A DNA stretch of 64,000 nucleotides from Vulcanimicrobiota bacterium (GTDB taxonomy: Bacteria > Vulcanimicrobiota > Vulcanimicrobiia > Vulcanimicrobiales > Vulcanimicrobiaceae). Both the position numbers and the translations under genes were made by a program. The notes beneath the pieces are model-generated. The model was given only the letters and a program-made list of their open reading frames with translations, was not told the DNA's origin and searched no databases. Location of the stretch: positions 1 through 64,000 of the forward strand of contig CAWGBN010000009.1 of NCBI GenBank assembly GCA_963820825.1. The letters are read 5' to 3'. This document shows positions 23,454 through 35,641 of the stretch, one piece after another. How positions within the stretch are numbered: the first letter of the stretch is position 1; the number at the start of each line of letters is the position of its first letter.

Positions 23454-24120
23454 GCGATCATCACCGTGCGTGCCAGCTCCAGCGATATGGCGTGGCGATG
23501 GCCGTCAACTTCAATGGTCAACGGGCCGCCGAGCGGTGCTTTATCGAGAACGCTGCAGGCGCGCTCCCGGGCGCAATCCCACTTGCGCGAGGTAACGCAG
23601 TATCTCCGGCATCTGCTCGGTGACGCCCGAAACCGTGACCTTCGACCCGGCTCGACTTGTGCCAGCGGAATGCCGTTGCGCACCGGTTCGGTTAGATCTT
23701 TGGGCGGAATGGGATGTCCGTGCGGACAGGTCTGCGGATCGCCGAGGGCTTGCGACGAGCCGTTCTTCGACGCGATCGGTGATGGCGTGCTCGAGAATGC
23801 AGGCTTCGGCGTAGACTTCGTCCCACGGCATCCCGAGCATGTCGGTGAGCAGGCGCTCCGCCAAACGATTGCGGCGCACGACGCCGACGGCTACTTCGAG
23901 ACCCTTGCGCGTAAGCGCGAATATCGCCGCGGATCTCGTGCTCCACGAACCCGTCGTTCACCAGCTTCTTGAGCATCCCCGATACCGAAGCCGGCGCGAC
24001 GCCCAGCTCGGTCGCTAAGGCCGACGTCGTCACGCCCGGGCCCTCGCGTTCCAAGCGATAGATTGCCTTCATATACATTTCAAAAGACTCGGCAAAATGC
24101 GAGTGCGAGTGTCCCGGCAT
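23450..24120 (-). CDS. DtxR/MntR-family metal-dependent regulator with FeoA domain (frameshifted)
   Basis: EMYMKAIY, ASVSGMLKKL, RLAERLL, EHAIT, PLGGPLTI. Confidence 0.85.
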
Positions 24121-24127
24121 ACCTGCT

Positions 24128-25185
24128 TTAACTTCGCCCTTGCGGCTGAAGTTCCGCAACGGCCGCCGCCAGTTGTGCGGCCATGCGGCCCTTCTCGTCG
24201 GGCGCGGCAAAGGAGGCTTCGATAGCGTTGCCCACGTAGCGCGCCAGGACTGCGCCACCGGCTACCCGCTCGACCTCGGCATATTCGCGCTCGATCGAAG
24301 TCCCAAAGAGGGCCGGATCGTCGGCGTCGATGGTGACGACACATCCGGCGCCGTCGAAGTCGAGATAGGGATGCGGGCGATCCGCCATCGCCGCGCCGGT
24401 GAGCCGGTTCGAGGTCGGACAAATCTCCAACGCAATCCGCCGCTCCGCGAGCATCTCGACGACGCCGCGATCGTCCAGCGCGCGAATGCCGTGGCCGATT
24501 CGCTCGGCTCCGAGCAAATCGACCGCGTCACGAACGCTGTGGTGGCCGTCGGCCTCGCCGGCGTGCGCGACGCGATGCAATCCCTGCGCTCGAGCGAAGG
24601 CGAAGACTTCGGCGAAATCGCGCGCCGGAAAGCGCGCCTCGTCGCCGCCGAGCGAAATGCCGATGACGTCGAGGTCGCCCATCTTTGCGACGGCTCGTGC
24701 CGTTTGCATGGCGGATTCCGCGACCGAAGTTGCGCGTCACATCGGCCAAGAGCTTGAAGGTTGCGTGCGGCCGCGCCGCGCGCAGCTCGGACGACGATGG
24801 CTTCCATCGTCGCGCGAACGTCGAGTTGAGGATTGAAGAACGTCCATACCGACGGCGAGACAAAGAGCTCGCCGTAAACTGACGCGCTGTGCGAGCGCAT
24901 CTTCCACGAACTCGCGGGCGAGGCGCGCGTAATCTTGCGGATCCTGCAGCGAGCGGCTGACCGCGGCAAAAAGAAAGAGAAACTCGCGAAAGTCTTTGAA
25001 GCGGTATGGATCGGCCGGATCGACCGGCTCGCTGGGAGTTTCGGGCGCCGGTCCGCGGTGATAGCGCAGCGGCACGCCGTGCTTGCCGGCCAAGCTCCAC
25101 GAAGCTCTGCGGGCGCAAGCGTCCCCTCGAGATGGCAGTGGAGATGGATCTTCGGCACGCGCGACGCAAGCAAGCCTAAAGGCAT
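24128..25185 (-). CDS. add: Adenosine deaminase (frameshifted)
   Basis: HLHCHLEG, HAGE, RIGHG, EICPTSN, DADDP. Confidence 0.9.
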
Positions 25186-25240
25186 ACGTTCGCTTTCGGC
25201 AGGTGCGAAACGGTACCCGTCGTAAATCTACCGGTCCCGT

Positions 25241-25317
<77 letters not shown>

Positions 25318-25321
25318 AATC

Positions 25322-25354
25322 AGGCTCGGAGTCAAACGGCTCCTGGGCCTTTTT
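25322..25354 (+). terminator. Probable intrinsic terminator after tRNA-fMet
   Basis: GC hairpin followed by T run. Confidence 0.55.
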
Positions 25355-25365
25355 CTCACGTTGAG

Positions 25366-26000
25366 CTACTGCAGATTTGAATTGCTAGGCGGTCCGCCGG
25401 CTACCGAATCGACGCGGATTTCGATCGACGCTTCGCCGTCGCGCAGTTCGATCTGATCGAACGGCTCTCGCTGCTGCCAGAAGAGCTCGCTGGTTGCGCC
25501 CTTTGGCTTCGTCGTTCCGAGCAAAACGCTATTCCGTTGCCTCACGCCGTAGACGTCGTAGCGATCCGAGCCTGGGACGATGACGTAGTACCACGAGCGA
25601 TCGCGCGCGTAGATGACCTTCGCCGCCGGCGCATTGCGGCCGCAAACTGCGCGTGGTTGAAATGGCTGTTGATCATTGCGAGCGTCGCCATTTCGTGCTG
25701 AGCGATGAGGCGCGGGGAGCAGCATGCCCACGATCAGTGCGGCCGCCCTGGACGGGCAGCCACCAGACGGGAACCTCACGGCGGCGCAGGCGCAGCGGAA
25801 CGGCGACCGCGGCTGCGAGCGGATCGATCCGCACGTCGCGTTCGAGCGCGAGCACGGTTTCTTCGGCCTCGCCGACACGCCGCGCACACGCGGCGCAATG
25901 GGCGATATGCGCGTCGACCGCGCCTGCTCACGGCATCGAGCTGCACCGATCGCGTAGAGCTCGGCCGATTCGCCGATGTGCTGTCAGCTTGCATCGTCAT
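25366..26000 (-). CDS. Anti-sigma factor-like membrane protein (frameshifted)
   Basis: CAHC, TM segment, follows ECF sigma; similar layout to 20176-20879. Confidence 0.55.
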
Positions 26001-26515
26001 TCTCCGGTATCAGCGACTGCCGAAGGACCGTAAGCGCGTGCTGAACCGTCCCTTCACCGTTCCGATCGGAATCGAGAGCTCCGCGGCAACCTCGGCGAGC
26101 GTCATTCCGCCGTAGTACGCGCGCTGCACGACCGCCGCTTGCCCTTCCGTGAGCTGCGCGAGCGCACGCGCGATCCGTTCGCGTTCGATCGGATCGTCTT
26201 CGATTAAGGTACTCATGCGGGAGCTTACCGATGTGCGATCATCTTCCTGCCGGGTTCCGCTACGAAGGCGCGTGAGCGCCGCGTTGCGCGCACAGGTCAC
26301 GAGAAAGGCCTCCAAGCTGCCACGCGCGGTGACGTAGCCGGTCGGATGGCGCCACAGGTGCAGGAAGACGTCCTGCACGCATTCGCGCGCGACTTCCGGA
26401 TCGCGCAGCAGCCGCGCCGTGGCGCATACATGCGCGCGCCGAAGGATCGGTAGGCAGCCTCGTACGCGGCCGCGTCGCGGCGAGCAAATCCATCCTCGAG
26501 CGACGCGTCGCGCAC
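26000..26515 (-). CDS. ECF sigma factor (frameshifted)
   Basis: QDVFLHLW, RAYYGGMTLAEVA, PIGTVKGR. Confidence 0.85.
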
Positions 26516-26516
26516 G

Positions 26517-27405
26517 TTATCCGAGCGCGCGATCCTCGAAACGCAGATCGTATCCGTCGAGCTCCACGGTCCGGTAGCCGACCGCGCGCAGGAGCGCATC
26601 GTGTGGAAGCGTCACCGGACCGGGTTTCGCCGCCGAACCCGGTTTCGGCTGCGGGTATGCCGTCGCATCGGCGCTCGCGAAGCGGATGTTCCCCTCCTCA
26701 TGCGTGACGATCTGATGAATATGCCCGTTGAGCACGGTCACGCGCTCGAACGGCGCCAGCAGCGCGAGGGCCTTCGTCCCGTCCTCGGTCGTCCACCCCC
26801 ACTGAGGATAGAGCGCGTAGAGCGGGACGTGGGTGAAGACGACGATCGGCGTGGAGTGCGCGACGCCGCCGAGATCCTTGGCGAGCCAGTCGAGCTGGTC
26901 GCTGCCGAGCAGTCCGAGTTTCTCGAAGTTGAAGACGTTGAGCAAGACGACATAGTGAACTCCGCCGGCATCCCACGAGGCCCAGCCGGCGTCGGTCGAG
27001 TGCGGAATCTTGAAGTTTGAAAGATAGGTTTTGAAATCGTTGCCGAGGACGTCGTGCTCGCCGGGCAGCGCGATCGAGCGGTGCGCGCAGCTGCGAGAGA
27101 ATCGCGCGCGCGTCGTCGAACTGCGGGGCGGTCGAGAGGTGCGTGATGTCGCCGGTGTGCACGACGAATGCAGGTTGCGACGCCATCGCATTGATGGCAT
27201 CGACCGCCATCTGCAGCGTCCCGGCGACGTCGGGATTCGCCGGCTGATGAAAGCCGATGTGACTGTCGCTGATCTGCACGAACTCGACCGTCTCGCTTGA
27301 AGATGCCGCAACGGCACGCCCGGTCAAAAGGCCGCCCGAGCCGACCGCATAGGCAATGCCGGCACCCGTCCACGCGACGTGTTCGAGAAATGATCCGCGC
27401 CTCAT
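26517..27405 (-). CDS. Tat-exported metallophosphoesterase (frameshifted)
   Basis: RRGSFL signal, DSHIG, TGDITH, PGEHD, NGHIH. Confidence 0.85.
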
Positions 27406-27725
27406 CGGGCCACCGCCGCAACGACGATCGTACCCTTCATGAACGGATGGAGCTCGCAAAAGTACGGATACCGTCCGGGCTTGGTGAACGTGTGGCGCCA
27501 GACACCGTTAGTATCGAGCCCTTTGGAATCGAAGCTCCCGTCGCTCGCGGTGATGGTATGGGCGTCGTCATCGTTGTTGGTAAAGGTGACCGTCTGTCCC
27601 GCCGTGACCGAGATGGTCTGCGGTGAAAAGGCATCGTTCTTGATGGAGACGGCCGGCGTTGCCGAACGGGCCGCCGCGGGTGCGATCAGCAGCGTAGCGA
27701 CTGCCGCAATAAAAATGTGCTTCAT
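27402..27725 (-). CDS. Cupredoxin (amicyanin/plastocyanin-like)
   Basis: Signal peptide, AFSP, H...YFCELHPFM type-1 Cu ligands. Confidence 0.9.
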   Translation of the reverse strand: MKHIFIAAVATLLIAPAAARSATPAVSIKNDAFSPQTISVTAGQTVTFTNNDDDAHTITASDGSFDSKGLDTNGVWRHTFTKPGRYPYFCELHPFMKGTIVVAAVAR

Positions 27726-27785
27726 GCCCTCTCTATGCCGGAAGGCACCCAACGGTTGGGGGGTAGAGATCTGGAACCGGCGCCC

Positions 27786-28853
27786 TTAATCGTCGAGCGA
27801 GAGCCTTCCGCGGCCGATCTCATAGTCGGCCATTCCGTAGTAAATGTCGAACTCGCGCTCGCCGCGCCGGTCGATGCCGGTGGGAAAGACGACGTGACCG
27901 ACAGCTCCGTGCAGTTCTGCTCCAATCTTAGGGATGAAGAGCGGCTCGCGCGAGCGATAGACGATCCGGTCGAGATGGTGTGCGTCGTGAATGATGACTC
28001 CCGCGCAGTAGCGTAGGAGCGCCGCGTCGGCGGGATGGCGCAGTTCGTCGACACCGTGGATCACGGCGAGCCACCCTTCGTCGATGCGCACCGGCGGCGT
28101 CCCCGCGCCGACTTTGATGTTTCCCCAATTGGCATGGGGCATCGTCAAGCGATGCGATTCGGTGGCGATGCAGAGCGCGGCAATATCGGTTCGAACGGCT
28201 TCGAGCGGAACGTATGCGATCGCGATTCCTTCGCGACGGTTCGGCGGCAGTGCTTTGATCTCGGCGATCGCCGCGTGAGGATCGGTCATCGTGAGCCGCA
28301 GAGTCGGGCGATGATAGAATGCCAGCGACACAACGCCCTCCGGCGACAGAACCGGCTCCGGAAAGAAGGCCGCATCCTTATCTGCGAATGGCTCGTCGCT
28401 TCCGAGAAACCGCAGCAGTCCCAGGCGTTCCCAATGCAGCCCGTCGTCGGAGACGGCAACGGCAACCTCCGGCGCGCGCGGGCCCAAGGCAACGTAGGCC
28501 ATCACGTACCGGTCGATCGCGTGCACGAAGGTAACGCGCGGATCTTCGCAACCGTGCCCCTGCGGCCCATCGCGCAGTTCGTACGGCGCTTCGGGCTGGA
28601 GCGCGAACCCGCAGAAATCGAGCTCCAGCGTGCCGCCGGCGCCCTCGCGACCTTGAAAGGAACCGATCCGCGAAACGTTGCCCGGCGCGATCATTCGCGG
28701 ATAGAGCTGCAGCGAGCCGTCGCGAAGGCGCGCGCAGGCCGGATTCAAGATGCCCATTCGGCCGAGCGACTCGCTCGGCTTGAGCACGACGCCGCGACGG
28801 GTGAACTTCAAAGGTCCGCCACGCCGCAGCTCATAATAGACGCCGATATTCAT
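27786..28853 (-). CDS. GH130-like glycosidase/phosphorylase
   Basis: LNPA, GCEDPRV, DKDAAFFPE, VVFPTG, YYGMAD. Confidence 0.8.
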   Translation of the reverse strand: MNIGVYYELRRGGPLKFTRRGVVLKPSESLGRMGILNPACARLRDGSLQLYPRMIAPGNVSRIGSFQGREGAGGTLELDFCGFALQPEAPYELRDGPQGHGCEDPRVTFVHAIDRYVMAYVALGPRAPEVAVAVSDDGLHWERLGLLRFLGSDEPFADKDAAFFPEPVLSPEGVVSLAFYHRPTLRLTMTDPHAAIAEIKALPPNRREGIAIAYVPLEAVRTDIAALCIATESHRLTMPHANWGNIKVGAGTPPVRIDEGWLAVIHGVDELRHPADAALLRYCAGVIIHDAHHLDRIVYRSREPLFIPKIGAELHGAVGHVVFPTGIDRRGEREFDIYYGMADYEIGRGRLSLDD

Positions 28854-29334
28854 GCAGCGGCTTCTCGTCGCCTACGACAGCTCCGATCAGTCCAATGCCG
28901 CGCTCGACGTTGCGCTGGCGCTGGCGCGCAGCGAAAGAGCCTCGATCACTGCGGCGTACGCGATGAACCTCTCCGAGGAGATCGGCCGGATCGCCGCGGC
29001 CTTTCACCATACGCCCGCCTCTGCGGGAAAGATGCTGCGCGAGGACGCACGCGCAATTCTCGCCGCCGCCTCGGAGCGAGCGTCCGCCGCGGGAGTAGCG
29101 ATCGAGACCAAGCTGGTGGATGCCCCCATAATTTCCGGTCTCGTTGATTATGCCCGGCGCATGAAGGCCGACGCGATCGTCGTCGGGAGCCACGGGCGCA
29201 GCGGATTGCCGCGTCTCTTGCTCGGCAGCGTCGCCGAAGGACTGATGCGCCATGCCGGCGTTCCGGTGCTCGTCGTGCGCGTTCCCGCCGTTTTACGGCG
29301 GGGCGGCGGCAAGCGCCGCAAAACTACGCGGTAA
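28852..29334 (+). CDS. Universal stress protein
   Basis: LLVAYDSS, GSHGRSG...LLGSVAE...PVLVV. Confidence 0.9.
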   Translation: MQRLLVAYDSSDQSNAALDVALALARSERASITAAYAMNLSEEIGRIAAAFHHTPASAGKMLREDARAILAAASERASAAGVAIETKLVDAPIISGLVDYARRMKADAIVVGSHGRSGLPRLLLGSVAEGLMRHAGVPVLVVRVPAVLRRGGGKRRKTTR

Positions 29335-30520
29335 GGAGTCCGGCCTCTCTGCCGACGCGTTCGAAGGCGGCGAGCGCGCGGTCCATCTCGTCCTTCGTTA
29401 GCGCGGAGCTGATCTGCACGCGAATTCGCGCGGTCCCTTCCGGCACGACCGGATAGCCGAACCCGGTCACAAAGACGCCGGCCTTCAAGAGCTTGTCGCT
29501 CAGGGCGATGGCAAAGGCCGTTTCCCCGACGATAATCGGTACGATCGCGCTCTCGCTCTCGAGCGGTTTGTATCCGATGCGTTTGAGGCCTTCGCGAAAG
29601 TACCGCGTCTTCTCGCGCAGATCGGCGACGAGCTGGGGATGCGCGTCGAGGTACTCTATTGCGGCGAGCGAACTGCACGCAACCGTCGCGGGGAGCGCGT
29701 TGGAGAAGAGCTGCGGACGCGAGCGCTGGATCAGCGTATCGATCAGCGCGTTGCTTCCGGCGACGAATCCGCCGGCCGCGCCGCCGAGTGCCTTGCCGAG
29801 CGTTCCGGTAATCACGTCGACCTGGCCGGTGAGTCCGTAATGCTCGACCGTGCCGCGCCCGGTCTTTCCCATCACGCCGGTGCCGTGCGAATCGTCGACG
29901 ACGACGATCGCCCCATACCGCCTTGCGAGCTCGACCATCTCGGGAAGCTTCGCGAGGTCGCCCTCCATCGAGAAGACGCCGTCGGTGACGATCGCGATCG
30001 GAAAGCAGCCGGCAACCGCCTTGAGCTTCTCTTCGAGCTGCGCCATGTCGCTGTGCTTGTACCGCTCGCGTCGCGCCTTCGATGCGAGGCGCACGCCGTC
30101 GATGATCGACGCGTGGTTGAGCTCGTCGGAGACGATCGCCGATCCTTCATCGCAGATCGTCGGAAAGAGTCCGGTATTCGCGTTCCAGCAGGAGACGTAT
30201 GAGAGTGCCGCATCGGTTCCCAAAAACTCGGCGATTCGCTTCTCGAGGACCCGGTGGATGTCGAAGGTTCCGCAGATAAAACGCACCGATGCCGTCCCCG
30301 CGCCGTATTTGTCGAGGCCGCGCTTCCCCGCTTCGATCACCTCGGGATTGTCGGCGAGGCCGAGGTAATTATTGCTCGAGAGCACGATAACGTCGCCGGC
30401 CTCTTCCATGTGCACCTCGGGCGCCATCGGCGTCGTGAGGTGACGGAGACGTTTGTAGGTGCCGGCCTTTTTGAGCGCGTCGAGATCGCTTTGCAGCTTC
30501 GCTTCGAAGGCCTGATTCAT
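29324..30520 (-). CDS. kbl: Glycine C-acetyltransferase
   Basis: SNNYLGL, SVRFICGT, DELNHASIIDG, GTLGKALGG. Confidence 0.93.
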   Translation of the reverse strand: MNQAFEAKLQSDLDALKKAGTYKRLRHLTTPMAPEVHMEEAGDVIVLSSNNYLGLADNPEVIEAGKRGLDKYGAGTASVRFICGTFDIHRVLEKRIAEFLGTDAALSYVSCWNANTGLFPTICDEGSAIVSDELNHASIIDGVRLASKARRERYKHSDMAQLEEKLKAVAGCFPIAIVTDGVFSMEGDLAKLPEMVELARRYGAIVVVDDSHGTGVMGKTGRGTVEHYGLTGQVDVITGTLGKALGGAAGGFVAGSNALIDTLIQRSRPQLFSNALPATVACSSLAAIEYLDAHPQLVADLREKTRYFREGLKRIGYKPLESESAIVPIIVGETAFAIALSDKLLKAGVFVTGFGYPVVPEGTARIRVQISSALTKDEMDRALAAFERVGREAGLLTA

Positions 30521-31579
30521 GGTTTGGCTATATCTCCTTTGAAATCGAGCACGATTTTGACCGCCTCTCCCTTCTCCATCAACGCAAAGGCACGGTCGAA
30601 CTCGGTGAAGGGGAGGACGTGCGTAACGATCGAGCGGGGATCGACGCGTCCGCTCTTGACGAGCGCCTCGGTCTGATACCAGGTCTCGAACATCCGCCGT
30701 CCGTTGATGCCGAGCACCGTCAACCCTTTGAAGATGATACGTTCTGCGAGATTGAGATTCACCGTATCGGCCGGTATCCCGAGCAGCGCCGCGGTTCCCC
30801 CGTTGCGCAGAAGCTGCAGGCCCAGATCGATCGCCGCGCCGCTTCCCGACATCTCGAGCAGCACGTCGGCCCCGTCGCCGCGCGTCCGCTCCTTGATCTC
30901 GCGCTCGATATTCGCATCCGTTCGCCAAAAACGCGGCATCGGCGCCGAGGGTGCGTGCCAGCTCCAGCTTCGCCGGATTGACATCGATGGCGAAGACGAA
31001 CGTGGCACCGGCCGCGCGAGCGACTGGGATCGCCATCAGACCGATCGAGCCGACGCCGGTAATCACGACGCTCTTGACGCTGACGCCGGCAGCCATCACG
31101 GTGTGAACCGCGTTGCCGAGCGGATCGAAGATCGCGGCAACGACGTCGGAGATCGCCGGGTCGAGCCGCCAAACGTTGTACTCGGGGATCGCGACGTACT
31201 CGGCAAAGGCGCCGTCACGGTCGACGCCGATGATCTCGACGCGCTCGCAAATATGCGCCTCTCCGGTTCGGCAGAGCAGACACGTGAGGTCGACGATATG
31301 ACCCTCGGCCGAGACGCGCTCGCCGGCGCGAACCGAACGCACCGCCTCCCCGGTCGCGACGACCGTGCCCATGAACTCGTGGCCGACGACGAGCGGCGGT
31401 TTGACTCGCTTCTGCGCCCACGCGTCCCAGGTGTAAATGTGATGGTCGGTGCCGCAGAGCCCGGCCTTTTCAACCCGAATCAGCACGTCGCCGGGACCGA
31501 TCTCGGGAACCGGGACTTCGACCAAGCGGAATCCGGGGGCCGCTTCGGGTTTGACGAGGGCCTTCATCGTGGAAGCCAT
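30517..31579 (-). CDS. tdh: L-threonine 3-dehydrogenase (one frameshift)
   Basis: CGTDHHIY, GHEF, DPLGNAVHT, GRRMFETW; adjacent to kbl. Confidence 0.93.
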
Positions 31580-31659
31580 GAGGGCGCGGTAATTTCACTC
31601 GGCTATGCTGAAAACCCGCTCACCGGCGATCCTTGCTGCCGGAGACGAAGGAGTGCGCG

Positions 31660-32886
31660 ATGCCGCGCTGGTTAATTCCGACGGCGTATCTCTTGGTGAG
31701 CGTGCTCGGCGCGACGGTGGTCCCGCGCCTCGAGTATGCGATCTTTCCGGCATACGGGCACGAGATCTCGGTCTCGACCGCGCAGGCGCTGCTCGGTGCG
31801 GTTGCATCCGGGATGATGGCCTTTACCGCGATCGTCTTTTCGATCGGCATGCTCTTCATTCAGTATACCGCGACGGCATTCTCGAAGCGGTTTATCCTCC
31901 AGCTCCACCATCGGCTCATCATCTACCACGCCTTCGGCGTCTTCGTCGCCACCTTTACGTTTGCGCTGGGGACGCTCGTCTTCGTCAATCGCGAGGGATC
32001 GGATTGGATTCCGTTCGTCTCGCTGATCATCGTCGGCATCTTGCTGGTGGCGAGCATTGCTCTGCTCGCCATGCTCGTCAATCAGGTCGCGGAGCTGCGC
32101 ATCACGCGAATACTCGCATACGTCGGCGAGCGTGGGCGAGCGCTGATCGCCCTCATGCCCGACGCAGCCGAGACGCAGCCCGCCGCCGTCCCGCTCGCGT
32201 CACCGACGCGAGCCGTCGTCTATTCGGGAGAGCTAATGGTCTTGATTGCGATCGACAAGGCCGGCCTGGCTGAGCTCGCACGAACTGCCGGAGCGACGAT
32301 CCAACTCGAATACGCGATCGGCGACACGCTCTATCCAAAGAGCGTTCTTGCGCGAGTCCATGGCGCGCGCGAGCCGATCGAGGAGGCTCGCCTTCTCGCC
32401 TCGCTGCGTTTGCGTCAGGAGAACTCTTACGAATGCGACGTCCGGTTCTCGCTGCGGCTCTTGGTCGACACGGCGATCATGGCGCTCTCGCCGGCGGTGA
32501 ACGATCCCACGACGGCGGTCGAGGCGCTCGACCAGATTCTCGACCTCATGATGCATTTGGGTCAAAAACGCGACGACGGGCGAGTCACTGATGCGCGGGG
32601 CGGCCCGCTGCTGATCTACCCGGCTCCAACGTGGAACGATCATCTCTCGCTTGCCTTTGACGAGATTCGTCGCTACGGGATCGACGCGCTGCAGGTCGTT
32701 CGCCGTCTTCGCGCGGCGCTCGTTCGTCTTGCCGATGCGGTCGAAGGCGATCGGCGCGAGGCCGTACTCGAGTATCGCCGGCGCCTCGATGCCGAAATCG
32801 AACGGCGCGAATCCGATCCGGCCGATCGCGCGACCGCGCTTGGAATCGACCCGCAGGGTCTCGGCTTAACGCGTGATTGGCGCTAG
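31660..32886 (+). CDS. DUF2254 family membrane protein
   Basis: Four TM helices, [12 protein letters not shown] motif. Confidence 0.8.
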   Translation: MPRWLIPTAYLLVSVLGATVVPRLEYAIFPAYGHEISVSTAQALLGAVASGMMAFTAIVFSIGMLFIQYTATAFSKRFILQLHHRLIIYHAFGVFVATFTFALGTLVFVNREGSDWIPFVSLIIVGILLVASIALLAMLVNQVAELRITRILAYVGERGRALIALMPDAAETQPAAVPLASPTRAVVYSGELMVLIAIDKAGLAELARTAGATIQLEYAIGDTLYPKSVLARVHGAREPIEEARLLASLRLRQENSYECDVRFSLRLLVDTAIMALSPAVNDPTTAVEALDQILDLMMHLGQKRDDGRVTDARGGPLLIYPAPTWNDHLSLAFDEIRRYGIDALQVVRRLRAALVRLADAVEGDRREAVLEYRRRLDAEIERRESDPADRATALGIDPQGLGLTRDWR

Positions 32887-33926
32887 GCGCTCACCGCACG
32901 GCGGTCGTCTGAGAAGACCGCGACGTCGCGTGGGGTGAGGAAGACCTCTTCCCCCTTCTGCAAGCCCATCGAGCGAAAGCGCTCCTGCGCCATCTCGGCG
33001 TGGACGGTGGCACCCCACTCGGTGACCGCTTCGACCTTGACGAGCGGACCGGCGGCGTTGATGTGCTTGACCGTTGCGCGAAAATAGTTGGCGCCGATCG
33101 GTTGCCGCGTAATTTCCAACGCGTGCGGACGCACGAAGACGAGATCTCCGGTCGGCTCTCCGTGGACGCGCGCCGTCCCCTCATCGATGCGACCGTGAAA
33201 GAGGTTGACGTTCCCCAAGAAATTGTAGACGAACGAGGTTGCCGGCTGGTGATAGACCTCGTCCGGCGTGCCGACCTGCTCGATTCGGCCGCGGTTCATC
33301 ACCGCGACGCGATCGGCGACTTCCAAGGCTTCGTCTTGGTCGTGCGTTACGAAGACGCTGGTTACGCCGACGTCGTCGTGAAGCTGTCGCAGCCAGCGGC
33401 GCAGCTCCATCCGAACCTTGGCGTCGAGCGCACCGAACGGCTCGTCCAAGAGCAAGACGCTCGGCTCGACGGCTAACGCACGGGCGAGTGCGACGCGCTG
33501 GCGCTGGCCCCCCGAAAGCTGCGAGGGATAACGCCCGGCTTGCGTGCCCAGTTGAATGAGATCGAGCAACTCGCCGACGCGCCGCCGAATATCGGCCGAA
33601 GACGGTCTCGTCCGGCGCGGGCGAACGCGCAGCCCGAAGGCGACGTTCTCGAAGACGGTCATGTGGCGAAAGAGCGCGTAGTGCTGAAAGACGAAACCGA
33701 CGCGCCGTTCGCGCACGGTTCGGTCGCCGACGTCTTGGCCGTCGAATGAAATCGTCCCCGATTCCGCATTCTCGAGTCCGGCGATGATCCGCAGCAGCGT
33801 CGTCTTGCCCGAGCCCGAGGGGCCGAGCAGCGCGACGAGGCGCCCGCGGGGAATCTCGAGGTCGACGGCGTCGAGCGCGGTAAAGCTTCCGAACTTCTTG
33901 GTGATCTGACGGACGGCGATGCTCAT
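32883..33926 (-). CDS. cysA: Sulfate ABC transporter ATPase
   Basis: [25 protein letters not shown]. Confidence 0.95.
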   Translation of the reverse strand: MSIAVRQITKKFGSFTALDAVDLEIPRGRLVALLGPSGSGKTTLLRIIAGLENAESGTISFDGQDVGDRTVRERRVGFVFQHYALFRHMTVFENVAFGLRVRPRRTRPSSADIRRRVGELLDLIQLGTQAGRYPSQLSGGQRQRVALARALAVEPSVLLLDEPFGALDAKVRMELRRWLRQLHDDVGVTSVFVTHDQDEALEVADRVAVMNRGRIEQVGTPDEVYHQPATSFVYNFLGNVNLFHGRIDEGTARVHGEPTGDLVFVRPHALEITRQPIGANYFRATVKHINAAGPLVKVEAVTEWGATVHAEMAQERFRSMGLQKGEEVFLTPRDVAVFSDDRRAVSA

Positions 33927-34795
33927 ACTCTCTCTCCATGGAGTTTTCCGGCCCGCCACTCGACGACGCTCTTGACCACGAGCGTTGCGAGCGCCAGGAG
34001 CGCCAAAAGCGACGCCACCGCAAAAGCCGGAACGAACTGATAGTCGTTGTAAAGAACCTCGATCTGCAGCGGCATCGTATCGGTGAGTCCGCGAATGTGG
34101 CCCGAGACGACGGAAACCGCGCCAAACTCCCCCATCGCGCGGGCGTTGCAGAGGATCACCCCGTAGAGCAGCGCCCATTTGACGTTCGGCAGCGTCACCC
34201 TCAAAAAGGTCTGCCAGCCGCCTGCGCCGAGCGTGATCGCGGCCTCCTCTTCATCGTTGCCCTGGGCGGCGATGAGCGGGAGCAGCTCGCGCGCGATGAA
34301 GGGAAAGGTGACGAAGATCGTCGCGAGCACGATGCCGGGAACGGCGAAGATGATCGCAATGCCGTGTGCGCTCAACCACGGCCCCAAGACGCCCTGCGCG
34401 CCGAAGAGCAACACGTAGGTAAGGCCGGCGACGACCGGCGAGACGGAGAACGGCAGATCGATCAGCGAGATCAGCAGGCTCTTGCCGAAGAATTCGAACT
34501 TGCCGATCGCCCAGGCCGCCGAAACGCCGAAGACGATATTTGCGGGAACCGCGATGACCGCCGCCAGAAGCGTCAAACGAATCGCGGAGAGCGTATCGGG
34601 GTTGGAGAAGCTTCGAAGGTACGCGAGCACGCCGTGACCGAACGCGGTCGCGAAGATCAAGGCCAGCGGCGCCAAGAGGAAGACCGCTAGGAAAACGACC
34701 GACGTGCCGATCAGGAGCCATCGTACGGCCTTCGATTCGCCGACGGCAGAAGGCGTAGCGGTGCGAGCGGCGACAGCCGGAAATGCGTTAACCAA
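33923..34795 (-). CDS. cysW: Sulfate ABC permease
   Basis: [22 protein letters not shown]. Confidence 0.95.
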   Translation of the reverse strand: MVNAFPAVAARTATPSAVGESKAVRWLLIGTSVVFLAVFLLAPLALIFATAFGHGVLAYLRSFSNPDTLSAIRLTLLAAVIAVPANIVFGVSAAWAIGKFEFFGKSLLISLIDLPFSVSPVVAGLTYVLLFGAQGVLGPWLSAHGIAIIFAVPGIVLATIFVTFPFIARELLPLIAAQGNDEEEAAITLGAGGWQTFLRVTLPNVKWALLYGVILCNARAMGEFGAVSVVSGHIRGLTDTMPLQIEVLYNDYQFVPAFAVASLLALLALATLVVKSVVEWRAGKLHGERV

Positions 34796-35639
34796 CGGCC
34801 CGAGCCTCCCGCGACCCGCTCCATCGCTGGAGCGCGTTGATCGCGGCGAGCAGGACGAACGAGAGCGTCAGCATCACGACGGCGATCGCCGTTGCGCCGG
34901 CGTAGTCGTACTCCTCGAGCTTCGTGACGATCAAGAGCGGCGCGATCTCGGTACGCATCGGCATGTTGCCGGCGATGAAAATCACCGAGCCGTACTCGCC
35001 GACGCCGCGGGCAAATGCCAGCGCGAAGCCGGTGAGCGCGGCGGGGAAAATTGCCGGATAGATCACGCGAAGAAAGGTCTTCAACCGGCTCGCTCCCAGA
35101 CTGGCAGCCGCCTCTTCGAGCTCGCGATCGAGATCCTCGAGTACCGGCTGCACCGTGCGCACGACGAACGGAAGGCCGATGAACGTCAGCGCGACAACCA
35201 CGCCGAGCCGAGTAAATGCAACGTGGATTCCCGCCGGCGCGAGCGGTCCGCCGAACCATCCGGTCGAGGCGTAGAGCGTCGTCAGCGCTATTCCGGCGAC
35301 CGCCGTAGGAAGAGCGAAGGGCAAGTCGACGAGGGAGTCGAGAATGCGCTTTCCCGCGAACGAGTAGCGCACCAAGACCCACGCGACGAGCGTGCCGAGA
35401 ACGAAGTTTACGAACGCGCCGACGAGCGAGGCGCCGAAGCTCAACTCGTACGACGCGAGCGCGCGCGGCGTCGTCGTCGCGTGCCAGAACTGATGCGCCC
35501 CCATGCGCCCCGCTTCGACGAACGTCACTGAGATCGGAATCAACACGACGAGTGATAGGTAGCACAGCGTGAAGCCGAAGGTTAATCCGAACCCGGGAAT
35601 GATGCTCGGTCGCCGGAAGGAGGCGAGTTTTGCGAACAT
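34788..35639 (-). CDS. cysT: Sulfate ABC permease
   Basis: DLPFALPTAVAG, GEYGSVIFIAGN. Confidence 0.95.
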   Translation of the reverse strand: MFAKLASFRRPSIIPGFGLTFGFTLCYLSLVVLIPISVTFVEAGRMGAHQFWHATTTPRALASYELSFGASLVGAFVNFVLGTLVAWVLVRYSFAGKRILDSLVDLPFALPTAVAGIALTTLYASTGWFGGPLAPAGIHVAFTRLGVVVALTFIGLPFVVRTVQPVLEDLDRELEEAAASLGASRLKTFLRVIYPAIFPAALTGFALAFARGVGEYGSVIFIAGNMPMRTEIAPLLIVTKLEEYDYAGATAIAVVMLTLSFVLLAAINALQRWSGSREARAVG

Positions 35640-35641
35640 GG

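Noticed and set aside
29324..31579. Apparent Tdh-Kbl fusion (751 aa)
   Set aside because: The Tdh C-terminus is in another frame (30517-31008) and ends overlapping the kbl ATG; a single indel explains it.
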